From an uncultured Verrucomicrobiae bacterium (GTDB taxonomy: Bacteria > Chlamydiota > Chlamydiia > Chlamydiales > Rhabdochlamydiaceae): a DNA stretch of 64,000 nucleotides. The translations under genes and the position numbers were made by a program. The stretch spans positions 1,216,001 through 1,280,000 of the forward strand of contig CAWDYW010000001.1 in the NCBI GenBank assembly GCA_963806855.1, in the 5' to 3' direction. Shown piece by piece: positions 9,275 to 17,877 of the stretch (position 1 is its first letter; each line of letters opens with the position of its first letter). The notes beneath the pieces are model-generated. The model had not been told where the DNA came from. It did no database searches and saw only the letters and a program-made list of their open reading frames with translations.

Positions 9275-9439
9275 GGGCCTTGCTCATAGATTCGGCCAGA
9301 ATTTCGGCTGAGCGAGAGGTTCCAGATACAATGACTTTTGACGAGTCCATAGCCGGAGGCACTATGGATGAGGAAAAAGGCACTGCAGATGGACGCCTCG
9401 CAGCCGGCCGAAAACTGGCCCAATCTATGAGCAAGGCCC
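9275..9439. repeat. 165 bp imperfect palindrome (family B; MITE/ERIC/RPE-like or structured RNA)
   Basis: Perfect 18 bp terminal IR GGGCCTTGCTCATAGATT / AATCTATGAGCAAGGCCC; pairing continues with bulges to central TCCATAG-9nt-CTATGGA. Confidence 0.85.
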
Positions 9440-9451
9440 GAAAGGTGATAC

Positions 9452-10237
9452 ATGGAAATGATTCCTCTTCTGGCATTCCTCGGAGTTGGGATTTTAGCTG
9501 GCCTTATCGGCGGATTGCTGGGCTTGAGCGGAGGGGTGGTGACGGTTCCTGCACTGGTCTTTATTTTTCCCTTAATTGGCATCCCTGAGACTCAAGTGAC
9601 CCACATGGCGATCGGCACTTCACTCGCGGCTATGGTTTTCAATGGCATTGTCTCCACTTGGTCGCATCACCTGCGTAAAGGGGTCCTCTGGGAGCTGTTT
9701 CTCTCACTGCTGCCCTGGATTACGATTGGGGCGTTATTCGGCGGTATTGTCGCGAACTTTATATCGGATTTCGTTCTTGAAAATCTTTTTGGCTTTTTTA
9801 TCTGCTTTCTTGGTATTTATCTATTTTGGCCGCCAAGAAAAAAGAAGGAGCTTCGAGAGTTCAATAAACATTCGATTTTCTGGTGCGGGACGGGTGTCGG
9901 CACCATAGCGGGTGTACTCGGAATTGGAGGAGGGGTGTTTACGGTTCCCCTGTTGATTCACTTCAACTATCCGGAGAAAAAGGCCATCGGGACCTCTGCG
10001 GCGATCAGTTTGGTAGTGACGACGGTGACTGCGCTCACCTATTTGTACTTTGGATTGAAAACGGTGAAGACGCCCGAAAGTTTAGGATATATATATTTGC
10101 CCGCTTTTGTTTTTATTGGACTTGGCGCGATGTTTTTGGCTCCCTTGGGAGCAAAGTGGGCACATGCAATCGATGGATTGCTTTTGCGCCGAATTTTTGC
10201 AGCTGTACTGATCATCATTGGTATTTTGATGATCTAA
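9452..10237 (+). CDS. TauE/SafE (TSUP) family membrane transporter
   Basis: GLIGGLLGLSGG..VP, AIGTSLA, GVLGIGGG..VP, AIGTSAA duplicated halves. Confidence 0.88.
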   Translation: MEMIPLLAFLGVGILAGLIGGLLGLSGGVVTVPALVFIFPLIGIPETQVTHMAIGTSLAAMVFNGIVSTWSHHLRKGVLWELFLSLLPWITIGALFGGIVANFISDFVLENLFGFFICFLGIYLFWPPRKKKELREFNKHSIFWCGTGVGTIAGVLGIGGGVFTVPLLIHFNYPEKKAIGTSAAISLVVTTVTALTYLYFGLKTVKTPESLGYIYLPAFVFIGLGAMFLAPLGAKWAHAIDGLLLRRIFAAVLIIIGILMI

Positions 10238-10254
10238 ATTGAGGAAACAAACGC

Positions 10255-11385
10255 ATGTATTTACGAGACTTTAAAGTCATCAGGCCTAATTTCGAGGAAA
10301 GTCAGGAGAACCTGCTCGAATGGGTTGTGAGCGCCCACGTGGGGACAACCATGCGTACGAATGGCTGGAGTGAGCAAGATAATGAGTGTCAATTGTTTAC
10401 AGCTAAATTGCGGGAAAATCTGATGCGCATTGGTCTTGGACAAAACAAGATCCAAAAAAGGGGCTTTCAGATCAAAGATTGCAGCCACCAAAGTTGGGAT
10501 CAGATGGAAATCTACAATATCGCTGTGATGCCCGAAGGGTATCTGCTCGACAAGCGGATGGAGTTTTTCAATCAAGCCTGCTCGGAGGTCTTTGAGCAGA
10601 TGTATGGCCCAAATGATGTGCTTCCTCCCCACCTTGTCCACGTGACTTGCACCGGCTATGTCGCCCCCAGCCCTGCTCAAAAGCTGGTCTCTTCGCGTGA
10701 CAATGGTAAGAATACCACGGTGACCCATGCCTACCATATGGGCTGCTACGGCTCGATCCCTGCGGTGCGCATTGCGATGGGCCATTTTGCTGTCGAGCAT
10801 GAGCAAACAGATATCGTCCATACCGAGCTATGCTCTCTGCACATGAACCCAGCGCAGCACTCGATGGATCAGCTGGTGGTTCAGAGCCTATTTGCCGATG
10901 GCTTTATCCGTTATTCTCTGGGAGAGAAGTCGGATGGTCCAGCGCTGAAAATTTTGGCCGTCTCTGAACAGATCATTGCCGACTCTATCACAAAAATGAC
11001 CTGGGACTGCAACGAGTGGGGATTTCAGATGTCGCTCTCAAAGGATATTCCGGTCCACATCCGGCGCAATATCGATGCCTACCTCGACCAGCTAGCTAAA
11101 AAAAGTGGAATCGATCGGGAAGAGCTTAAATGCGCTCACTATGCGATCCATCCCGGCGGTCCCAAAATTGTGGAAAATATTGCCGAAAAACTGGGACTTG
11201 AGCCAGATCAAACTCGCCATACTGTCGCTGTACTGCAAAATTATGGCAATATGTCGTCAGCTACACTCCCCCATATCTGGGAGCGGATTTTAAAAGACGA
11301 TACGATAAAAGCTGGAGAGCGTATAGTGAGCATGGCTTTTGGGCCAGGTTTGACCATTTGCGGCGCCGTTTTTGAAAAGAGGTAA
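10255..11385 (+). CDS. Type III polyketide synthase (chalcone/stilbene synthase superfamily)
   Basis: VTCTG, MGC (Cys), ELCSLH, LFADG, HPGG (His), GNMSS (Asn), FGPGLT; Cys-His-Asn triad intact. Confidence 0.93.
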   Translation: MYLRDFKVIRPNFEESQENLLEWVVSAHVGTTMRTNGWSEQDNECQLFTAKLRENLMRIGLGQNKIQKRGFQIKDCSHQSWDQMEIYNIAVMPEGYLLDKRMEFFNQACSEVFEQMYGPNDVLPPHLVHVTCTGYVAPSPAQKLVSSRDNGKNTTVTHAYHMGCYGSIPAVRIAMGHFAVEHEQTDIVHTELCSLHMNPAQHSMDQLVVQSLFADGFIRYSLGEKSDGPALKILAVSEQIIADSITKMTWDCNEWGFQMSLSKDIPVHIRRNIDAYLDQLAKKSGIDREELKCAHYAIHPGGPKIVENIAEKLGLEPDQTRHTVAVLQNYGNMSSATLPHIWERILKDDTIKAGERIVSMAFGPGLTICGAVFEKR

Positions 11386-11387
11386 GA

Positions 11388-11876
11388 ATGCATTATTTCA
11401 TGATGATCCCCTTCATAGTTCAAACTTTTGCGATCGGCTTTGATGAGTACTACTTTCACATTAAACGAGGCCTTCCCCTCTGGGAGCGGATCGGCCATCC
11501 TATCGATACCTTAAGCGTCCTCTGCTGTTTCCTCTTTGCCTTACTTGTCCCCTACTCCCCTCTTGCCCTCAAATGGTACATCGCCCTTACGGTCTTCTCT
11601 TGCCTCATGGTCACCAAGGATGAATGGGTCCATAAGCACCACTGCCCTGGTTCTGAACATTGGCTTCACGCGCTGCTTTTCATCAACCACCCGATCATAC
11701 TGACAGCTGTTGGGCTCCTCTGGGCTAACCCCTCTTGGATGCACCGATGGCTCACCCAGCCCGAGACAATGCACACCTTTTTAGTGCTCCAGGCTGCTTT
11801 TACAGCCCTATTTTTTTGCTATCAAGTCATCTACTGGAATTTCATATGGAAAGAAAAGGAAGTAAAAACCCAATAA
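11388..11876 (+). CDS. Small integral membrane protein with duplicated DE..H...E...H motifs
   Basis: DEYYFH..ERIGH and DEWVH..EHWLH between TM helices; starts 2 nt after the PKS stop. Confidence 0.8.
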   Translation: MHYFMMIPFIVQTFAIGFDEYYFHIKRGLPLWERIGHPIDTLSVLCCFLFALLVPYSPLALKWYIALTVFSCLMVTKDEWVHKHHCPGSEHWLHALLFINHPIILTAVGLLWANPSWMHRWLTQPETMHTFLVLQAAFTALFFCYQVIYWNFIWKEKEVKTQ

Positions 11877-12598
11877 ACAACGCTTGGTATGACGATCTAA
11901 ATGAGCGGTGGCATACCATTGAAGACCATCCCATTGCCCTACTCCGCTCTGAAAATAATCTGCGCAATCCTTGGATCCAAAGCGTCCTGGTCAAGAATTT
12001 TCACCACCCTTGCAGCGTCCTCGATATTGGGTGTGGCGGCGGCCTACTGACCAATTTTCTGGCTCAAAAAGGGCATCTTGTCACTGGGATCGATCTCTCT
12101 GAGCCGAGCCTCCAAGTGGCCCGAAGCCTCGATACGACAAAATCGGTCGACTACCGCAGGGCTAGCGCCTATCAGCTTCCCTTCGCCGATAAAAGTTTTG
12201 ATATCGTCTGTGCGATGGATATCCTCGAGCATGTCGAAAATCCGGCTCTCTTGATTCAGGAGGCCTCTCGAGTGCTCAAGAAGGGAGGATTATTCTTTTT
12301 CCATACCTTCAACCGCAACCTCTGGAGCTATTTACTGGTGATCAAAGGGGTCGACTGGTGCTTCTCCAACGCCCCTCCCCATATGCACGTCTATCCCCTC
12401 TTCGTCAAACCCGAGGAGCTAAAGCAGTTTTGCGAAAATCAGAAGCTGACTGTCCAAGAGATGAAAGGGGTCCGGGTGGTGATGCTCAATAGATCGTTCT
12501 GGAAAATGGTCTTTACCAAGAGAGTCGACGAGAACTTTAAGTTCGCCTTCACCAAGTCGCTCAAGACTGGGTATTCAGGCTTCGCTAAGAAAGGGTAA
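11846..12598 (+). CDS. UbiG-like SAM-dependent O-methyltransferase
   Basis: LLRSENNLRNPWI, VLDIGCGGGLL, FDIVCAMDILEHV, FFHTFNR; ATG 11846 overlaps the upstream gene. Symbol withheld because the substrate is uncertain. Confidence 0.85.
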   Translation: MERKGSKNPINNAWYDDLNERWHTIEDHPIALLRSENNLRNPWIQSVLVKNFHHPCSVLDIGCGGGLLTNFLAQKGHLVTGIDLSEPSLQVARSLDTTKSVDYRRASAYQLPFADKSFDIVCAMDILEHVENPALLIQEASRVLKKGGLFFFHTFNRNLWSYLLVIKGVDWCFSNAPPHMHVYPLFVKPEELKQFCENQKLTVQEMKGVRVVMLNRSFWKMVFTKRVDENFKFAFTKSLKTGYSGFAKKG

Positions 12599-12600
12599 TT

Positions 12601-12685
12601 AACGCAAAGACGCCAAGGCGCAAAGACGCAAAAAAATAAAAATTATTGTTTTTTTTGCGTCTTTGCGACTTGGCGTCTTTGCGTT
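12601..12685. repeat. REP-like hairpin built from CGCAAAGACGC units; probable bidirectional terminator
   Basis: AACGCAAAGACGCCAAGGCGCAAAGACGCAAAAAAA ... TTTTTTTGCGTCTTTGCGACTTGGCGTCTTTGCGTT between convergent genes. Confidence 0.85.
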
Positions 12686-12698
12686 GAAAAAAGGTTGA

Positions 12699-13220
12699 TT
12701 AAGTGTCGGACAAATACCGGATGATCCGATCGATCCGAAAATGCCGCTCTTCGCGCTTGGCCAATAAATCGTAGAACTCCGTTGGGTCCTTCTGCTCTTT
12801 CTTGATCTCCTGATGGATCTGCGCATGGATGCACTGCTGCATCTCTCTGGCGAGCTTACGGATGTTTTGGAGGGCAATGAGTCGCTCTTTCACTTTGTAA
12901 TTTTCGACCTTCTTTAACAAAAGCTCTTCGGCCTTTTCAATGAAAAAGAGTGGATAATTTTGGTTGGCGGTGCAATGGAGCTGCTCGTGATGCGAATTGG
13001 GCCCTTTTTGTAAGATGACCTTCGCTTTGGCAAATTTTCGTTTCGAAGCGCTCGGGGCTTTGATGGGGAGCTTGCCGACACAGGCTGGGATGCGCGGGGT
13101 CTTCTTGTGTTTAAATGTACGGGATTTCCCCTTTTTTTCTATCGTCGTCGCTCTGTCGAGAATCTCTTTAAATTGATCGCAAGAAAGTTTACTTTTTTCC
13201 ATGGGGGTCAGTTTTAACAT
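12699..13220 (-). CDS. Hypothetical Lys/Arg-rich protein
   Basis: 173 aa ORF filling the gap between the hairpin and tpx; helical C-terminus. Confidence 0.65.
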   Translation of the reverse strand: MLKLTPMEKSKLSCDQFKEILDRATTIEKKGKSRTFKHKKTPRIPACVGKLPIKAPSASKRKFAKAKVILQKGPNSHHEQLHCTANQNYPLFFIEKAEELLLKKVENYKVKERLIALQNIRKLAREMQQCIHAQIHQEIKKEQKDPTEFYDLLAKREERHFRIDRIIRYLSDT

Positions 13221-13280
13221 ACCCTTGCTTTAAAATCAAAATTTTTCTTAATATTTAGAGAATCTTACAGGAGGACCGCA

Positions 13281-13787
13281 ATGGCCAAAGTGACACTCAA
13301 AGGAAACCCCATTTCAACAAATGGTGATCTGCCTAAAATGGGAGCGACAGCGCCCGACTTTGTACTTGTCGATAAAGATTTAAGCAACCGCTCTCTAAAA
13401 GACTTCGCTGGAAAGCCCAAGCTCCTCAACATCGTCCCGAGTCTCGATACATCAACCTGCTCAATAAGCGCCAAAAAGTTTAATGAGGCGATCAAAGGGC
13501 ATCCGGAAGTCACTGTATTGGTCATCTCAACCGATTTACCCTTTGCTCAAAGTCGGTTTTGCTCCCAAGAGAACGCTGAAAATATCATCACGCTATCGAT
13601 GATGCGCAATAAGGATTTTGCTAGGGATTATGGCGTATTGATTCAGGATGGTCCGCTGGCTGGCATCTGCGCTCGCTCGGTGGTTGTGCTCGACAAAAAT
13701 AACAAAGTGATCTATACACAGCTTGTCCCAGAAATCACAACGGAGCCCGATTACCAAACGGCTCTTAAACATCTACTAGGAAAGTAA
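13281..13787 (+). CDS. tpx: Thiol peroxidase (atypical 2-Cys peroxiredoxin)
   Basis: PSLDTSTC, STDLPFAQSRFC, EITTEPDY; AGGAGG RBS. Confidence 0.95.
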   Translation: MAKVTLKGNPISTNGDLPKMGATAPDFVLVDKDLSNRSLKDFAGKPKLLNIVPSLDTSTCSISAKKFNEAIKGHPEVTVLVISTDLPFAQSRFCSQENAENIITLSMMRNKDFARDYGVLIQDGPLAGICARSVVVLDKNNKVIYTQLVPEITTEPDYQTALKHLLGK

Positions 13788-13789
13788 GC

Positions 13790-14503
13790 ATGACAAAATT
13801 GAAGGAACATTCTCGAGAGAATATCCATAAGATGTTCGATCAAATCTCCCCCACCTATGATTTAGCCAATCGGGTCATGACTTTTAATCTCGACCAAATC
13901 TGGCGAAAGAAGATGGTCAAAATGTTGCCTGAGAGGGAGGGACAGTTTGTTCTAGATTGTGCTACAGGGACGGCCGATCAGCTGATCTGCATGATGGAAA
14001 ACACCAAGCGGATCAAACGGGCCATAGGAATTGATTTAGCAGCCGAAATGGTGGCCATTGGCGAGAAGAAGGTCAAGACTAAGCCCTACGCCGATGCCCT
14101 CTCCTTTCAAATCGCTAGCGCCCTAGAACTGCCCTTTGAAGAGAATACGTTTGATTGCGTGACGATCTCGTTTGGGATCCGCAATGTGACTGATGTGAAG
14201 AAGGCCCTATCAGAGTTCTACCGGGTGCTCAAGCCAGGCGGACGGGTGCTCATTCTCGAAGGGACAGTCCCCAAGATGAAGTGGCTGCGGGCAATCCACC
14301 TATTCTACTTAAGAAATTTCCTCCCCCGCATCGGCCAGATGATTTCCAAAAACGACTATGCCTACCGATACCTCAACGAGACGATTGAGACCTTCCCATC
14401 TGGGGAGGCCTTTTGCTCGATGATGCGCGATGTTGGCTTCGCTGATGCCAAGGCCAACCTCCAAACTGGCGGTATCGCAACGATTTATTCGGGAAATCGT
14501 TAA
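13790..14503 (+). CDS. ubiE: Demethylmenaquinone / ubiquinone C-methyltransferase (UbiE/MenG)
   Basis: MFDQISPTYDLANRVMTF, LDCATGTAD, ISFGIRNV, RVLKPGG, AYRYLNETI. Confidence 0.92.
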   Translation: MTKLKEHSRENIHKMFDQISPTYDLANRVMTFNLDQIWRKKMVKMLPEREGQFVLDCATGTADQLICMMENTKRIKRAIGIDLAAEMVAIGEKKVKTKPYADALSFQIASALELPFEENTFDCVTISFGIRNVTDVKKALSEFYRVLKPGGRVLILEGTVPKMKWLRAIHLFYLRNFLPRIGQMISKNDYAYRYLNETIETFPSGEAFCSMMRDVGFADAKANLQTGGIATIYSGNR

Positions 14504-14536
14504 AAATCTAGCTGTACTCTCTCTGAAAGTGGAATA

Positions 14537-14734
14537 TTAAAGACCACTATAATCGCTAGCTAGAGGATTAACATTTCGCCCATTGTGACCTGGTTCTCTG
14601 AAAATTCCTAGATTTAGTTGTAGAACTTTTTCAGCTGTCTTATCGCTCCTACCTAGCCGCCGAGGGCCCGACTCTCTATTTTCTGGATTATTATTCAAGG
14701 GCTTATCATTAAATTGATTAAAACTAATGCTCAT
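14537..14734 (-). CDS. Small hypothetical protein (65 aa)
   Basis: Only ORF in an AT-rich gap; TATAAT-like motif upstream on minus strand; Asn/Ser-rich N-terminus. Confidence 0.4.
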   Translation of the reverse strand: MSISFNQFNDKPLNNNPENRESGPRRLGRSDKTAEKVLQLNLGIFREPGHNGRNVNPLASDYSGL

Positions 14735-14995
14735 AATTTATTTCTTATATGGTTTTTATTATAAACTTAATTATAACAAAATATTAATTATATATGTAAA
14801 TAAAAACTTAGTATTATAGGAAGCAAATGAAATTTATACTTAAGTACTTGAATATAAAAGATTCATTACCACAGAGAGACAGAGGGAAAATTCTGATAAT
14901 TTTTTGATTTTCAGAGAGTTAAATTAGGCAATAACGCCGGTACCAATAGCAAGGTTATTCAGACCCAGCGGGAATCCAAGCGCCAGGCATGTGTA

Positions 14996-17722
14996 TTACT
15001 TCGTATACCCTGAGGCTTTCCAAGTCGAGCCGAGATTTTTGAGACACATCGCCACTTTAGGATGATCATCGCCATGAACTTTCTTGTAAATCTTCAGTGC
15101 TTCTTCAAAATATCCAACCGCTTTTTTCGCATCCTCTAAGAATTGCCAAGCGGCCCCGAGATTGTAGAGACAATCAGCCAACTTAGGATGTTCATCGCCA
15201 TACATCCTATGAATCTTCAGTGCTTCTTCAAAATATCCTACCGCTTTTTTCGCATCCCCTAAGGTGCTCCAGGCATATCCGAGCCCATGGAGACACGTCG
15301 CCACATCGGGATGCTCAGCTCCGTACACTGTCATGTTAATCCTCAACGCTTCTTCATGATATCTGATCGCTTTTTGCACATCTCCTGAGGTTTGCCAAAG
15401 CCAGCCAAAATTGGTGAGGATAGATGCCACCTTCGGATGTTCATTACCATAACGTTCTTTATTAATCATTAGCGCTTTTGTAAAGTGCTCGATAGCATTT
15501 TTGGTATCTCCAAGAGCATTACTAATTAGTCCGTAGAGATTCAAATTACGGGACAATATATCTTCATTTTTTCCTTCGGCAACGCTTTGTGCTTTCTCCA
15601 CATACTTTCTTGCTTCGGTATAGTCTGCTAACTTGTATAAAAGTTTTGCAAATTGAAACTGCACCTCAGTATCATCCGGATTCAGGGCAAGAGCTTGTTG
15701 ATAACATTTTTTAGCTTGTGAATATTGGTTCAGCTTTTTATAAGCTTTTGCCTGAGTCAGTAAACTATTATCTTCTAATGGAGGAGCAGCTGGTTTTGAA
15801 GCTGCTAAAGGTTTAGAGGATTCAGGAGCAATAGCATGTTTCACACGCAACCTATGAGCGGCAATATGTTTTTTTAAAACATCTCTTCTTTGCTGATCTA
15901 TTACATCTGGAGGTGTATTTGGTGGATATACAGCAATCTCGTATTCATTACCCTGTCCATGTCCAATCGCATAGTTAGCAAGTACTGCTAAAGCATCGAA
16001 TTCTTTTTGCATCTCTATCTTGAGTTCTTCTCCAAAATCATAGAGAAGAGAGCTCTTTTTAAAGCCTTCTGCACTGTATTCTTTACCGTTAGCAAATTGG
16101 ATCGCTTCTCGCATGAAAATATCGACAGCTCCTTCGTTTTTCTTTTCACTATTACGATAAACCTTTGTACAATACTTAAAATATTTTCCCCGATCTATAT
16201 AGAGCATACCGGCAACATCTTGCGCATATTCTATTTGAATTGGGTTGAGTCGTTTATGCTCCCACCATGATTGATTATCAAGGATTTCGGTTTCTACTTG
16301 ATTCTTTAGTTTTTCAGCAAGTACATCTAAATCAACGGAACAAATATACTCGATGGGAAAGGTGATAAGAGCTTTAGATATCGCGTAGAAATCAAAATTA
16401 TTTAGTTTTTCTCGGAGACCCTTCAATTTCTGAATTTCGTTCAGCAGTGCTTTTTTTTGCCTATCGTTTCCAGGTTCTTTTAAAGCCAGTTCTCTCTTCA
16501 TAAGTTTTGTAGCTATTTTTTCGCATAATTGGGAATAGAAATATTCAATAAAAAGCAGTCGTCTAGAGAATACATTTCTCTGTGCAGGGGAAGGAAGCTC
16601 CAAAAGTTTTTGCGGCAACAATTTTTGAAATGTGTGTTCTAGATTATTGGGCAGTTTCATAAGAACCGGATCAAACTTCTTATTTAAGGGAAGAGGCCCA
16701 GAGTGATTGCCTTTTGAATGAGGTCTAATTAATGGACATACGCGGCTCATTCCTGCTATTTTAAAATATGAGTCCACTACCGTTCGTACTTCCATATCTT
16801 CAATTGCTAGTAAGTCGATGCCTTGTTCGTTGCCAGTGCCTGGGTTTGTGTACGTTGCATATAAAGAAGATGGAATATTAAAATCATCAATGCTGTCAGG
16901 ATCACCAGGATTGAGCTTTCCACTGTAAATTTCATGCTGGAGCACAAGTTCAAATACCTTACCGTAAGCTTCCCTTTCTTCATCACTCACCGTTAACTCA
17001 ATTCCATCTATTGTGCTGAAATAATTTTTTTTGGCCCAATCTATTCGGGCAGATGAAATGCGATAGCCAGCTAAAGGGGAAGAAGACGGTGGTTCCTCCT
17101 GTCCTCTCAAATTCGCTTTCGCGCCGTCATTGGATAACTGCGATTGGGATGGTATTAACGGATGAGGCTCATCTATTTCTAATGGAGGAGCAGAAGGTTT
17201 GGGAGCTTCAGGAGTAAATGATAAAGAAGATCTTCTCTTATGCTTCGTATCAGTTACGAATTCCAGATAGGAATGAGCCTTTTCATGATTTGGATTAAGC
17301 TCTAAAGCTTTAAACAGAGCTGTAACACCCTCTTCTTGTTTTCCTTGATCGCATAGTGCTCTACCCCTTTTAAAATACTCTTCCGCCTCTTCTAGCTGCC
17401 TATTATTTACCGGTTCAGCGAATTGAGGGACATGGATTTCTGGTTCAGCAAGTGCTGGAGCTTGAACGACTCTTCCGGCAAGACGTCTTATAGTGAAATT
17501 AGCCTTATATTCAGTAATGGGAGCCCTGCATTCAGGACAGAGATATTTAGCTGGGTCTTTACTTAAATTTACTATGGTACTTTCATTGTAAGAGTGCCCA
17601 CACCTAAGATCTACAGCTTGTGTCATTAACTCAAAGGTTACACCATCTGTTAAACCTTCAGTCATATCCTCAATGAAATCGCTTACGCGACCGTTTGGTG
17701 ATCTATTGCTTACCGGAATCAT
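14996..17722 (-). CDS. U-box/RING + TPR repeat protein (candidate E3 ligase effector)
   Basis: DGVTFELMTQAVDLRCGHSY...CPECRAPI; TPRs (KALELNP, QALALNP); ~42 aa TPRs of HPxVA..L.NLG type at C-terminus; GGAGG RBS. Confidence 0.85.
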   Translation of the reverse strand: MIPVSNRSPNGRVSDFIEDMTEGLTDGVTFELMTQAVDLRCGHSYNESTIVNLSKDPAKYLCPECRAPITEYKANFTIRRLAGRVVQAPALAEPEIHVPQFAEPVNNRQLEEAEEYFKRGRALCDQGKQEEGVTALFKALELNPNHEKAHSYLEFVTDTKHKRRSSLSFTPEAPKPSAPPLEIDEPHPLIPSQSQLSNDGAKANLRGQEEPPSSSPLAGYRISSARIDWAKKNYFSTIDGIELTVSDEEREAYGKVFELVLQHEIYSGKLNPGDPDSIDDFNIPSSLYATYTNPGTGNEQGIDLLAIEDMEVRTVVDSYFKIAGMSRVCPLIRPHSKGNHSGPLPLNKKFDPVLMKLPNNLEHTFQKLLPQKLLELPSPAQRNVFSRRLLFIEYFYSQLCEKIATKLMKRELALKEPGNDRQKKALLNEIQKLKGLREKLNNFDFYAISKALITFPIEYICSVDLDVLAEKLKNQVETEILDNQSWWEHKRLNPIQIEYAQDVAGMLYIDRGKYFKYCTKVYRNSEKKNEGAVDIFMREAIQFANGKEYSAEGFKKSSLLYDFGEELKIEMQKEFDALAVLANYAIGHGQGNEYEIAVYPPNTPPDVIDQQRRDVLKKHIAAHRLRVKHAIAPESSKPLAASKPAAPPLEDNSLLTQAKAYKKLNQYSQAKKCYQQALALNPDDTEVQFQFAKLLYKLADYTEARKYVEKAQSVAEGKNEDILSRNLNLYGLISNALGDTKNAIEHFTKALMINKERYGNEHPKVASILTNFGWLWQTSGDVQKAIRYHEEALRINMTVYGAEHPDVATCLHGLGYAWSTLGDAKKAVGYFEEALKIHRMYGDEHPKLADCLYNLGAAWQFLEDAKKAVGYFEEALKIYKKVHGDDHPKVAMCLKNLGSTWKASGYTK

Positions 17723-17877
17723 AAGCCTCCATAGAGAAAAACCTCATTTCTGATATGTTATTAGGTCATTACCACATGCAATCATCATACCAAAACAAGT
17801 AGCTTCCCATGTGGAAACTAGCAGTTAGGCTATCACAATACTGGAGTAAAATTCAAGGTGGACTTTCCGAAGCAGTA

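Noticed and set aside
9241..9588. ORFs 9241-9582(-), 9258-9476(-) and 9280-9588(+)
   Set aside because: They read through the palindrome and overlap the TauE gene; no protein motifs
12601..12685. Possible CRISPR array
   Set aside because: Units are inverted and adjacent with no spacers; no cas genes in the window
12599..12877. ORFs 12599-12877 and 12643-12834 (-)
   Set aside because: Alternative frames across the hairpin and the 12699 gene
14868..14920. ACCACAGAGAGACAGAGGG repeat-like start, and a 10 bp IR (CTCTCTGAAA near 14520 / TTTCAGAGAG near 14909)
   Set aside because: No complementary arm and the IR is too short to define an element
14925..14995. LNNLA-like TPR continuation past the U-box gene stop
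   Set aside because: Register and similarity too poor to claim a premature stop or readthrough
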